In this document: piece after piece, positions 44,136 through 55,668 of the stretch
How positions within the stretch are numbered: position 1 is the stretch's first letter
How the letters are laid out: every line of letters starts with the position of its first letter
DNA from: an uncultured Anaerolineaceae bacterium
GTDB taxonomy: Bacteria > Chloroflexota > Anaerolineae > Anaerolineales > E44-bin32
Assembly: GCA_964517315.1 (NCBI GenBank)
Contig: CAZFCJ010000004.1
Span: 267 to 63,245 of the forward strand
Length of the DNA stretch: 62,979 bases
Direction of reading: 5' to 3'
Translations under genes and position numbers: made by a program
Notes under the pieces: model-generated
Databases searched by the model: none
The model's input: the letters and a program-made list of their open reading frames with translations, nothing else
Told to the model about the DNA's origin: nothing

Positions 44136-44900
44136 ATGACGCGCGCGATCGCAATTGCCAACCAGAAGGGCGGGGTCGGCAAGACGACTACGGTCATCAA
44201 TCTGGGCGCGGCGCTGGCTGAGCGCGGAAAGCGCGTGCTGCTGGTCGATCTAGATCCCCAAGCCGCGCTGACCGCCGCCGTGGGGCTCGACCCCTACCGA
44301 GTCGAACTTTCAACGCTGGCGCTGCTTCTCGACGAGGCCGCGCCGACCGAGGAGCTGATCCATCCTATGGGCGGGGCGCTGTGGCTGGCGCCGTCCGCTG
44401 TGGATCTGTCGGCGGCGGAGTTCAGATTGGCGCACGTGAATAACCGCGCCCGGCGGCTGAGGGCGGCGCTGGCCTCGGATCATGTGGCGGTGGACTTCAT
44501 TTTGATCGATACTCCTCCCAGCTTGGGCCTGCTCACGGTCAACGCGTTGACCGCAGCCGACGAATTGATCGTGCCTGTGGAGTGCCAGTACCTCGCCCTG
44601 CGGGGCGTGCGGGCGCTTTTGGAGACGACGCGCCTGGTCCACGATCGGCTGCACCCCGACTTGAGACTGTTGGGCTTGCTGCCCACGATGTACATCGAGG
44701 ATTCGCAGCACAGCCGGGCCGTGGTCGCGGAGCTGCGATCGGTGTTCAAAAGCCGCGTGTTCGACACCCTGATCGAGTACGACGAAGCAGTGGCGATGGC
44801 GCCGGCCGCGCGCAAGTCGCTGCTGGCCTTCAAACCGGACAGCCCCGCGGCCGCCTCCTACCGGCGGCTCGCCGACGAGGTGATGCGCGGGAGGCGATGA
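44136..44900 (+). CDS. orphan ParA/MinD-family ATPase
   Basis: NQKGGVGKTTTVINL deviant Walker A. No adjacent parB. Confidence 0.85.
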   Translation: MTRAIAIANQKGGVGKTTTVINLGAALAERGKRVLLVDLDPQAALTAAVGLDPYRVELSTLALLLDEAAPTEELIHPMGGALWLAPSAVDLSAAEFRLAHVNNRARRLRAALASDHVAVDFILIDTPPSLGLLTVNALTAADELIVPVECQYLALRGVRALLETTRLVHDRLHPDLRLLGLLPTMYIEDSQHSRAVVAELRSVFKSRVFDTLIEYDEAVAMAPAARKSLLAFKPDSPAAASYRRLADEVMRGRR

Positions 44901-45209
44901 GGGGGCGCGGGGGAGGGCGGATCCATGGGGGAAGAGAAGCGTTGGCGGCGCTCGATCCCGCTACAGGGCCACGACTATGTCGGTCCCGGAGCGTATTTCA
45001 TGACCATTTGCACCGACCGTAGACGACCCCTCTTCAGCACGGTGCGAAATGGGGTGATTCAGATGACCCCGCTGGGGAGTCTAGTGGAAGAGGAATGGCT
45101 GCGAACCGGTCAAATTCGCGATGAAGTTCGCCTGGATGAATACGTGATTATGCCCAATCACATCCATGCGATCGCGTTCATCGTGAAGGATCAAGCGCAA
45201 GACACCGGT

Positions 45210-45237
45210 GTAGGGGCGACCGGCCGGTCGCCCCTAC
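45210..45237. repeat. perfect 28-nt palindrome GTAGGGGCGACCGGCCGGTCGCCCCTAC (REP-like)
   Basis: Direct reading. Followed by the 10-nt palindrome GGTCCGGACC (45241-45250). Confidence 0.9.
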
Positions 45238-45557
45238 GAGGGTCCGGACCGGCAACTGGGTCACTTGGCGTTGGTCGCGGGCTTCAAGGCATCGGTAACC
45301 ATACGGACAAGACAGGAGACCGGCCAGCCGGACCTCCAGGTTTGGCAACGGAACTATTACGAACGCGTCATCAGGAATGAGGGGGAATCGAACCGCATAC
45401 GCCGGTACATCCGGCAGAATCCCTTCCGCTGGAAAGCGACCCTTACTTCACGGAGGGCTGAGCCACAGTCACGCCAGACAGCTGCCAGTCCGCCGAAGAC
45501 CCTCTCAGGGAGGCGCCTCTTGACTCTAGAACCAACCGTATCGTCATATTCGGCCTT

Positions 45558-45632
45558 GACCGGCCGACCCTACGACGGTCCGGACCGGCGTCCGGGTCAC
45601 TTGGTGCGTGCGTCGCGGGCTTCCTTTCACCG
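45558..45632. repeat. degenerate duplicate of RAYT internal segment 45217-45290
   Basis: Hand alignment, roughly 75-80% identity, keeping the GSLGACVAGF reading frame. Confidence 0.6.
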
Positions 45633-45696
45633 GAAGGGAGAATGTTCCAAGGGCCCGTCCCGAACACATACGGGGCAAATCTGAACCACTGCCCCC

Positions 45697-46983
45697 TCAA
45701 TCCTCCACCCGGTCAATGTGGGCCCCGAGGTCACGCAGTTTCTCGTCAATTCGCTCGTAGCCCCGGTCGATTTGGCCGATGTTGCGGATCTGCGACCTGT
45801 CCTGGGCCGCCAGCGCGGCCAGGACAAGGGCCATGCCGGCGCGGATGTCCGGGCTCTCCAGCGTTTCCCCGACCAATTGGGTGGGTCCCTCCACGATACA
45901 GCGGTGCGGATCGCACAGGATCACCCGGGCGCCCATCGATACCAATTTGTCGATAAAAAACATGCGCGTCTCGTACATCCAATCGTGGAACAGCGCGGTT
46001 CCCTGGCACTGGGTGGCCACGACGATGGCGATGCTCATCAGGTCGGTCGGAAACGAGGGCCAGGGCATCACGGAGATCTCGGGGATGGCGCCGCCGACGT
46101 CGGGTTCGATTTTCAGCGCTTGTTCACCCGGGACGACCAGGTCCTCTCCCTGCACCGTCCAGGTCACACCGAGGCGCTGAAGGACCAAGTGGATCATGTC
46201 CAGGTGCTCGGGGCCGGCCTGCCGGATGCGGATTTCACCGCCGGTGACCGCCGCCGCGCCGATGAAGCTCACCACCTCCAGGTAGTCCGGGCCGATCGTG
46301 TATTCCCCCCCGGAAAGCCGATCCACGCCCTGTACGTGCAGGGTGTTCGAGCCGACGTTCTCGATCCTGGCCCCGGCATGGTTCAAAAAGTGACAGAGTT
46401 CCTGCACGTGAGGTTCCGAAGCCGCGTTGCGGATGACCGTTTCGCCGCGGGCGGTGACCGAGGCCATGATGGCATTTTCGGTGGCCGTGACGCTGGCTTC
46501 GTCCAGCAGAACGTCGGCGCCATGGAGCCGGCCAGGCGTGTTGATGTGATACTGTCGGTCGTGGTACTCAGTCTCGGCCCCAAGAGTATGGAATGCGAGC
46601 AGGTGCGTGTCCACGCGCCGGCGGCCGATGACGTCCCCTCCCGGCGGTGGAATGTCGATGCCGCCCACGCGGCCCAACATCGGCCCCGCCAAGAGGACCG
46701 AGGCGCGGATGCGACGGCACAGTTCCGGGTCGAGGTTGGCGCGGCGCACCTGGCTGGCGTGGATCCGCCAGCTGTGCGGCGACAGCAGCTCGACTCTGAC
46801 GCCCAGGCTCTCCAGCAATCGGCGCATGGCCTTCGCATCGCCGATGTCGGGGATGTTGTGTAGCGTCACGGGCTCATCAATGAGCAGCGTTGCCGCCAGC
46901 AGCGGCAGGGCGGCGTTCTTGTTGCCTGAGGGGGTCACTTCACCCTTGAGCGGATAGCCGCCCTCAATGAGAAAACTGGTCAT
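45697..46983 (-). CDS. murA: UDP-N-acetylglucosamine 1-carboxyvinyltransferase
   Basis: 428 aa. GEVTPSGNKNAALPLLAA ... DRGYERIDEKL. Confidence 0.95.
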   Translation of the reverse strand: MTSFLIEGGYPLKGEVTPSGNKNAALPLLAATLLIDEPVTLHNIPDIGDAKAMRRLLESLGVRVELLSPHSWRIHASQVRRANLDPELCRRIRASVLLAGPMLGRVGGIDIPPPGGDVIGRRRVDTHLLAFHTLGAETEYHDRQYHINTPGRLHGADVLLDEASVTATENAIMASVTARGETVIRNAASEPHVQELCHFLNHAGARIENVGSNTLHVQGVDRLSGGEYTIGPDYLEVVSFIGAAAVTGGEIRIRQAGPEHLDMIHLVLQRLGVTWTVQGEDLVVPGEQALKIEPDVGGAIPEISVMPWPSFPTDLMSIAIVVATQCQGTALFHDWMYETRMFFIDKLVSMGARVILCDPHRCIVEGPTQLVGETLESPDIRAGMALVLAALAAQDRSQIRNIGQIDRGYERIDEKLRDLGAHIDRVED

Positions 46984-47822
46984 TGCGCCTCCCCATGGAT
47001 CATCTTGACGCGATCGCCCAGGTTGGCCTTCAAGCGCTCGTCGGCCCGACCGCGGTTGACGGCTACTTCCAGCAGACCCTCGCTTCCGATGTAGGCGACG
47101 AGGTCCCCCTCGGGGACGTCAGCGAAGGTCCCGTGCAGCGCCAGTTCGGAGCCCTCCGGCAGCCTTACCCGCACCCCCTCGACGTCGAAAGACCGTCGAT
47201 GCGCGTTCGGAAGCCAGGGGTCGAGGTGAGCCTCACTGCCCTGTAGCCGCATCCGCCCAATCGAAGTGATCAGGTTGCCGAAGCGGTCGATATGCACGAT
47301 TTCGCCCTCGACCTCGTCGACCTCCTGATGGAGCGCTGGCAGTTGAACGCGTTCCAGAGTCTCCGCCCTGGGCCCGAAAGCGTCGAGGGGGACGCCCTGT
47401 GCCAAATGCGCCCCGGCCGGTGCGAAGACATCGCGCCCGTGGAAGGTCGAGCTGACACGATCGAGCCGGTAGCGTGCGGATCGAAGTTCGTGGCTGGCCT
47501 CCGCCGGCGACGAGGCCAGCAGGTAGGACAGGACGCCGTTGTCCGGGGCCACCAGCTTGCGACCCTGCCAACCGACGACGATCGGGCGCCGCGCGGTTCC
47601 TACGCCAGGGTCGACAACGATCACGAAGATCGAGTGCTCAGGAAAGTAGCGAACCGCCTTCCACAGCTGAAACGCGCCGCCGCGGATGTCGCCGGGCGGC
47701 ACCGAATGGGTGACGTCGATCACATTCGCCGTGGGTGATATGGACGCGATGACTCCCTTCATCACCCCGACGTAGGTGTCGGCGGTGCCGAAATCCGTCA
47801 AAAGGCCGATGATGGGCAGCAT
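46980..47822 (-). CDS. SAM hydroxide adenosyltransferase (DUF62, chlorinase/fluorinase family)
   Basis: LLTDFGTADTYVGVMKGVI, VVDPGVGT, IDRFGNLITS. Confidence 0.85.
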   Translation of the reverse strand: MLPIIGLLTDFGTADTYVGVMKGVIASISPTANVIDVTHSVPPGDIRGGAFQLWKAVRYFPEHSIFVIVVDPGVGTARRPIVVGWQGRKLVAPDNGVLSYLLASSPAEASHELRSARYRLDRVSSTFHGRDVFAPAGAHLAQGVPLDAFGPRAETLERVQLPALHQEVDEVEGEIVHIDRFGNLITSIGRMRLQGSEAHLDPWLPNAHRRSFDVEGVRVRLPEGSELALHGTFADVPEGDLVAYIGSEGLLEVAVNRGRADERLKANLGDRVKMIHGEAQ

Positions 47823-47966
47823 GCGGGATCCTTTCGGGTGGCGCGGATTCTAGCGGAGGCCCTCTGCACGGTCAATCCGACCCGTGCCCGCCACGCATTA
47901 AGGGCGTCCCGACGGGGCCGAAAGCCTAGAACGGGTGTTCTATTCGACGGCGTTCGGGGCCTGCGC

Positions 47967-49016
47967 ATGGTAAAATGGGAATTTGTGAGTAGCAAAGTAT
48001 CCGGGGGAAACCAGGCCCCGATCGGCGTGATGGCATCATATGTACAGGGCTTCGATCGCGTCGCTGCTCGACCTTTGCTTCTGTTGCCCCCGCTCCTGCT
48101 CGATTTGTTCCTTTGGTTGGGACCCAAGGTTACCATTTCACCGCTCATGGAGCGCGTAACCTCCCAAATGGGCGCCCCGATTGCAGGTGACGAGGCGCTG
48201 CAGGAGCAAGTTCGGCTGATCCGTGACGCGCTGGCGACGATAGGCGAGCAATTCAACTTGCTGACCTCCTTGAGTTCGATCCCGACGGGGGTCCCGAGCC
48301 TGATGGCGGCGATCATGCCAGAGAGCGCGCCGGTCGAGCTGTTCTCCAAGATGCAGATTGGGGAGCCGGGCCTCGTGCTCATGGCTTGGTTAGCGCTCAC
48401 GGTGGTCGGGCTCGGTCTGGGATCCGTATATCACCGCTGGATCGCTCGTGCGGCGGCCCCTGAAGCCAATCTCCCGTCGGGGCTGTGGGCGTGGGGCCGG
48501 CTGTTGCTCTTGGCCCTTATGGCGTATGGTGGACTCCTGGTGGGGGGGTCAGTGGCCCTCGTCTTGGCGGCCACGGCCGCGGTCATCCTTCCGTTGTTGG
48601 GTATTGGAGTCAGCTTTGTCGCGTTCAGCTTGCTGTTCTGGTTGGTGGTGTATTTGATCTTTACGCCGCATGGAATCATCCGCTATCGCTTCGGCGTCCT
48701 TCGCGCGATGATTGAAAGCGCGCTGATTGTACGCTGGAATTTCTTGCCGACAGTGGGCTTTCTGGCCTCGGCGCTCTTCATATCATGGGTCACCAACATG
48801 GTGTGGGCGTTGCCGGAAAGCAGTTCGTGGTACAGCATGTTGGCCATCGTTGGGCACGCGTTTATCAGCGGAATGATCATCACCAGCAGCTACACGTTTT
48901 ACCAGAGTCGGCGCGAGTGGCTGGTGAGAGCGCGCGCAGAGGTCGAATCGCGGTTGCACGCCATGGAAGGGTCGACCGGTACTGAAGAAGGTAATTCGGA
49001 CGGAGGAGTCAGCTAG
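47967..49016 (+). CDS. hypothetical polytopic membrane protein
   Basis: About 6 TM helices. Start is uncertain (47838, 47967 or 48030). Confidence 0.55.
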   Translation: MVKWEFVSSKVSGGNQAPIGVMASYVQGFDRVAARPLLLLPPLLLDLFLWLGPKVTISPLMERVTSQMGAPIAGDEALQEQVRLIRDALATIGEQFNLLTSLSSIPTGVPSLMAAIMPESAPVELFSKMQIGEPGLVLMAWLALTVVGLGLGSVYHRWIARAAAPEANLPSGLWAWGRLLLLALMAYGGLLVGGSVALVLAATAAVILPLLGIGVSFVAFSLLFWLVVYLIFTPHGIIRYRFGVLRAMIESALIVRWNFLPTVGFLASALFISWVTNMVWALPESSSWYSMLAIVGHAFISGMIITSSYTFYQSRREWLVRARAEVESRLHAMEGSTGTEEGNSDGGVS

Positions 49017-50972
<1,956 letters not shown>

Positions 50973-51243
50973 CACGCTCTTCTGGGATCCGTGCCCCGGG
51001 ATTCCGCTGCCGGTTACCAGCTCGTTCCTGGTAACTGGCAGAGCGTGGCCCGTCAATCCGACGGGATTCCGTTCCAGAGAAGGCTATGCCCTCAAACGGG
51101 GGCCGGGCTCCCATGCCCGGCCGGCGATACGCGGGGGCGTGGCAACCCCCGCTCCCAAATTGGGTGCGGCATCCTATCCATCGACATCCCGTTGAACGAT
51201 CACGAGCGGCCAGCAGACGGAGGCCGCAGGCTGAAACCCAGAT

Positions 51244-52380
51244 CTAATCGAGGAAGCTTTTCAGCTCCTCCAGCAGAGCCGGATCGCGCAGCTCATCCAT
51301 CGCTTCACTCTCGATCTGGCGCACCCTCTCACGCGTCAGATTCATCTTCTCGCCGATCTCGGCCAGGCTGTGGCGCCTCCCATCGTCAAGGCCAAAGCGC
51401 AGCCGCAGGACCTTGGCGGATCGGGCCGGCAGATGGTCCAGCGCTTTGATGAGTTCGCTCCGCAGCTCATTCTGCTCGTAGGCTTCATCCAGGGGTGGCT
51501 GATCCTCATCCGGGATCAGGTCGATCAGCAGCGTCTCCTCCTCGTCGTCGATGGCGACGTCGAGTGGGCGGGGATCGGCCGCCGCGCGCATCAGCAGCCG
51601 CGTGCGTTCGATGTCGATGTTCAGCTCCCGGCTCAACTCCTCGATTGTCGGATCCCGGCCCAAGGTTTGCGTGAGGCGGACCTGGGTGCGGCGCAGTTTG
51701 GTGAGCTCCTCGATCACATGGACGGGAACGCGGATGGTCCGGCCCTTATCGGCGATGGCGCGCGTGATCGCTTGGCGGATCCACCATGTGGCATAGGTGG
51801 AGAACTTGAATCCACGTTCGTAGTCGAATTTGCTTGTCGCCCGCATGAGGCCGACGTTCCCCTCTTGGATCAAATCCAGGAATGACAATCCCCGCCTGAG
51901 GTAGCGCTTCGCCACGCTGATCACCAAGCGCAAGTTGGCCCGAATCAGGTGCTCCCGCGCCGCGTGGCCGTCTCTGACAGTTCCAATCAGCTCTTCGACG
52001 TCCTCTTGATTGGTGTTGGAGGCGAGCGCTTGGCGAGCCTTTATGCCCCGCTCCATGCGCTGCGCCAAATTGACCTCGTCCTCGCGGGTGAGCAGCGGCA
52101 CCGACCCGGCTTCCCGCAGGTACAATTCGACCGAATCCGTCGCCTGGGTGAGCCGCAGGTCCGGCGCGTTTAGAATGTGCAGCTCTGGGGGATCATCATG
52201 CTCGTCGATGAGACGATCGATGACGATGACATCAAGGTCGGAGAGAGCCGCACGGATCCCTTCGTACAGGTCTTCGTCGTGTTCGGCCTCGGGGACCGAT
52301 TCGAAGATCTGTTCTTCGCGGATCCAGCCTTGATTCTTCGCCTGCTGTACCAACGAATCCACTGCCGCTTGTTGGGCCAT
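51244..52380 (-). CDS. rpoD: RNA polymerase sigma-70 factor (primary-like)
   Basis: [41 protein letters not shown] plus the region 4 HTH. ATG preceded by GGAGAG. Confidence 0.9.
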   Translation of the reverse strand: MAQQAAVDSLVQQAKNQGWIREEQIFESVPEAEHDEDLYEGIRAALSDLDVIVIDRLIDEHDDPPELHILNAPDLRLTQATDSVELYLREAGSVPLLTREDEVNLAQRMERGIKARQALASNTNQEDVEELIGTVRDGHAAREHLIRANLRLVISVAKRYLRRGLSFLDLIQEGNVGLMRATSKFDYERGFKFSTYATWWIRQAITRAIADKGRTIRVPVHVIEELTKLRRTQVRLTQTLGRDPTIEELSRELNIDIERTRLLMRAAADPRPLDVAIDDEEETLLIDLIPDEDQPPLDEAYEQNELRSELIKALDHLPARSAKVLRLRFGLDDGRRHSLAEIGEKMNLTRERVRQIESEAMDELRDPALLEELKSFLD

Positions 52381-52527
52381 CTCTCTCCGCCGATCGCAGC
52401 GCCTGTGGGGCACTTCATCGGATTGTAGATACGAACTGTTCTCGGGATTAGCTGGAATTTACCGTACTTTAATCGTTTGTGAGGGAAAGTCAAGGTCTTG
52501 ATCGGTCCGGCTCGTGACGGGCCTGAG

Positions 52528-53058
52528 TTACGCATCCAGCAATGGCAGAGCCAGCAGGAGGGCGCAAAGCGTCTTGGCGTCGCGCAGGCCGCCCTCGGCG
52601 ATCAGATCGTACACGTCGTCGATCGGGATCGGGACGATTTCGAGATCCTCATCAAGGTCCGTGGGCAGAGGCGCCTCTTTTAGGTCTGAAGCGAGAAACA
52701 GATAGCTGCGTTCGGAGGAGTACCCGGGGGCGAGAAAGACGCTGGAAAGCTCCACCAGCTCTCCCGGCTCCATGCCGATTTCCTCGCGACATTCGCGCCG
52801 GGCGCATTGCATGGGATCTTCGCCCCGCTCCAGGGTCCCGGCCGGGAACTCGAGCACCGTCGCCCCAACGGGATGCCGATACTGGCGCACGAACCAAAGT
52901 CTGTTCTGGTCGTCGGTCGGGATGAGCGTCACCGAGCCGTTGTGCTCAACAACATCGAAGCTCGTCTCGCGTCCGTCCTCGAACTTCACGCGGTCTCGGC
53001 GAACCGCGAATACGCTGCCCTGGTAAATGCGTTCGGATGCGAGGACGTCAGCGGTCAT
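52528..53058 (-). CDS. NUDIX hydrolase (ADP-ribose pyrophosphatase-like)
   Basis: Nudix box GTLERGEDPMQCARRECREEIG. Confidence 0.85.
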   Translation of the reverse strand: MTADVLASERIYQGSVFAVRRDRVKFEDGRETSFDVVEHNGSVTLIPTDDQNRLWFVRQYRHPVGATVLEFPAGTLERGEDPMQCARRECREEIGMEPGELVELSSVFLAPGYSSERSYLFLASDLKEAPLPTDLDEDLEIVPIPIDDVYDLIAEGGLRDAKTLCALLLALPLLDA

Positions 53059-53128
53059 TGGGACCTCCAGAACAAGAAAGGACGGTCAGCGACCGTCCTT
53101 CCATCAGGGACCTTCGCGGTCTCGGGGG

Positions 53129-53794
53129 TTACGGGATCTGCAGCACCGTACCGGCGGTTAGATCGTAGGGTTCGGTCAGCCCGTTGGCCTGGGCGATGGC
53201 GGCCGGCCACACGTCACCAAACATACAGGCGATGGCGTAGATCGTATCGCCGGCCTGTACGGTGTAGGTCGCCGGGTGTTCGCGCAGGGCGCGCTCACCT
53301 GGGAATCCGGCCGTGTCCTGAGGGATGATCAGCCTGTATCCAGTGGAAGGCACGACGGAGGGGTCCAAACCGTTGACGCCCAAGAGCCGTATGGGATCGA
53401 CGTCAAACCGTCTGGCGATGCAGAACGGGTGCTCGCCTTCCTGCAGCGTGTACGCATCTGGCACCTCGCCGACGAAGGGCGTACCGTCCGACGGGCTGGT
53501 GGGCGTGCCTTGATCGGCGGTCGGCGAGACCGTCGCCGCCTCGGTCGCGACAACCGCGGTGGGTTCCGGGGTCTCGGTCGCCTCCGCCTCGGAAGCCTGC
53601 GCGGTCTGAGTGAGCAGATCGGAGCGGACGGCTTCCATCGTTTGCTGCTGGGATGTCAGGACGCTGGGAGTACCCTCGTCTTCGCCGGTGGTAGCCGGCG
53701 GGGTAGAAGCCGAACGCGTGCAAGCTCCAATCACAACGGCGAGGCCGATCGCCGCGGCAAGAGCCGCGGTCGTTCTGAGGCGCTGGATACCCAT
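53129..53794 (-). CDS. secreted protein with two LysM domains
   Basis: Lipobox-like VIGAC. YTLQEGEHPFCIARRF and YTVQAGDTIYAIACMF LysM repeats. ATG preceded by AGGAGG. Confidence 0.8.
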   Translation of the reverse strand: MGIQRLRTTAALAAAIGLAVVIGACTRSASTPPATTGEDEGTPSVLTSQQQTMEAVRSDLLTQTAQASEAEATETPEPTAVVATEAATVSPTADQGTPTSPSDGTPFVGEVPDAYTLQEGEHPFCIARRFDVDPIRLLGVNGLDPSVVPSTGYRLIIPQDTAGFPGERALREHPATYTVQAGDTIYAIACMFGDVWPAAIAQANGLTEPYDLTAGTVLQIP

Positions 53795-53949
53795 GGATTC
53801 CTCCTGCCTGTCCGGCACAGGGAGCGTTGAAACCGACATTCAGCCGCGCATGGTAGCACAGGCGGCCGGGTTGTGCAACCAAACGGGTGAGAGAAAAAAA
53901 CCGCCCCGAACGCATGTGCTTCGGGGCGGGAGGGAGTGCTGGCGAAGTC

Positions 53950-54354
53950 TCAGGCGGCGGCCCGGAGCCGAGGACGGAATTTATAGCCGTAAAGAATCAG
54001 GTCGCGTTCGCCGCCGCTGCGCAGCTTACGGGTCACCATTTCGACCGGCATGCCGATCTCGACGTGCTGGGCCCCGACGTCGGTCAATTGCGCCGTTACC
54101 AGGGGGCCCTCGTCAAGCTTGACCAACGCGACCGTGTACGGGGCGGCCTCCTCGTGGCCTTTCGGGGCGTCGTACACCGTGGTGTACGAGTACACGCTTC
54201 CCTGGCCGCTGAAATGGTGCAGGTCGCGCGCCTCCTTCCCGCAGTCCGGGCAGACGTCACGCGGGGGAAAGATCTTGTTCTCGCAATGCGGACAGACTTC
54301 GCCCAGGAGGGCGTAGCGTTGCCTGCGGTTTCTCCAGTGTCGTGATACTTCCAT
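53950..54354 (-). CDS. DUF35 Zn-ribbon/OB-fold protein
   Basis: CPHC...CPDC zinc ribbon, then an OB fold. Last gene of the mevalonate operon. Confidence 0.85.
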   Translation of the reverse strand: MEVSRHWRNRRQRYALLGEVCPHCENKIFPPRDVCPDCGKEARDLHHFSGQGSVYSYTTVYDAPKGHEEAAPYTVALVKLDEGPLVTAQLTDVGAQHVEIGMPVEMVTRKLRSGGERDLILYGYKFRPRLRAAA

Positions 54355-54452
54355 AGTCGAACACCTCAGTTCGGGAACTTCCCTCAGTCGCGTTTGAAAT
54401 TTAGCGGTTTTCAGCTCTCAGGAACTATCAGATCGGCAGAATCCGGCGCTTC

Positions 54453-55655
54453 TCAGGGCTGAGAAGCGGTGCGAGAACCGGAATCATCGCCCCGAACCAG
54501 AAGATGGGTAGCGCAGGTAGCTCCATTGGCGCCGAGGCACTGGATCAGGGCCGTGTGCGCCTCTGGCACTTGATTTTCGCCGGCTCGGCCCTGCAGCTGC
54601 AGGGAGGCCTCCGCCGCTTGGTACACGCCGGTGGCGCCCACCACCTCGCCGCGGGCTTTCGAACCGCCGAAGGTGCTGATCGGGATGCGGCCGTTGAGAT
54701 CGATGTCGCCGTCGGCGGCCAGGCGCCAGCCCTCACCCCGATCGGCGAATCCCGCCGCCTCCAGCGCCAGTGCGGAGTAAACGGTGAACAGATCGTGCAG
54801 CTCGAACAGATCCACCTGCTCCGGAGCCAGCCCCGCCCGTTCATAGACCGACCGGGCGGTTTCGCGTGCGGATTGCAAAGTCAGTAGGTCCTTCTGATCA
54901 TGCAGGGCCAAGGCCGAGGTGCGGGCAGCTGAAGCGGCGATGCGCACCTTGGGGAAAGGCCAGTCGGGCGGAAGGATTCGGTCGCGTGTGAGCAGAAGAG
55001 CTGCCGCTCCATCCGCCAGCGGCGCGGCGTCGAACATATTCACCGGTTCACTGACCATCGTCCCGCTGGCGTAGGCTTCGGCGGAGATGGCCCGGCGGAA
55101 CATCGCGTTCGGATTGTGGACGCCGTTGGCGTGGGCGGCCAGGCTGAAGCCCGCCAGGGCGTCCGGGGGTGCGTTGTATTCATGCAAGTAGCGCCGCATG
55201 ATGAGCGCCGCCAAGGCTGTGGGCGTAACACCCTGAATGGCCTCGTAGTCGGCGTCGGTGGCGGAAATCAGCGCCGCGTCGACTTCCGCGCTGACCGACT
55301 CCGAGAGCTTTTCGACGCCTACGACCAGCGCGATGTCGACCTCCCCGGCCATGATGGCCATGAACGCCTGGCGGAGGGCCACCCCACCCGACGCGCCGGC
55401 GGCCTCCACGGTATGAGCCTCTACCCCCCCGAGACCGGTATAGTCGGCGATCAAGGCCCCCAATTGGGATTGCCTGGAGAGGGGGGCGGCCAGCATGTTG
55501 GCCACGAAGAGGGCTTGCGGCTGAAGGCGGCCCGCATCCTCCAACGCGGCGCTTATGGCCTGGTAGGCGAGATCGCGCAGCGAGAGCTCCCAATGCTCTC
55601 GGACCGGGGTCATCCCCAGCCCGGCGATGATCACATCATTGTTCTCAGGACCCAT
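54453..55655 (-). CDS. thiolase-domain protein (archaeal-type acetoacetyl-CoA thiolase)
   Basis: 400 aa, thiolase fold, C-terminal CLGANGATC-type motif. Confidence 0.85.
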   Translation of the reverse strand: MGPENNDVIIAGLGMTPVREHWELSLRDLAYQAISAALEDAGRLQPQALFVANMLAAPLSRQSQLGALIADYTGLGGVEAHTVEAAGASGGVALRQAFMAIMAGEVDIALVVGVEKLSESVSAEVDAALISATDADYEAIQGVTPTALAALIMRRYLHEYNAPPDALAGFSLAAHANGVHNPNAMFRRAISAEAYASGTMVSEPVNMFDAAPLADGAAALLLTRDRILPPDWPFPKVRIAASAARTSALALHDQKDLLTLQSARETARSVYERAGLAPEQVDLFELHDLFTVYSALALEAAGFADRGEGWRLAADGDIDLNGRIPISTFGGSKARGEVVGATGVYQAAEASLQLQGRAGENQVPEAHTALIQCLGANGATCATHLLVRGDDSGSRTASQP

Positions 55656-55668
55656 GATCCTCCTTTGC

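Larger units (their letters stand above)
44925..45684 (+). pseudogene. IS200/RAYT-like Y1 transposase paralog, frameshifted
   Basis: Frame 0: GAYFMTICT...MPNHIHAIA...GSLG. Frame +1 from about 45265: ALVAGFKASVT...WQRNYYERVIR...YIRQNPFRW. Homology ends near 45440 and the ORF runs on to 45684. Confidence 0.65.
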
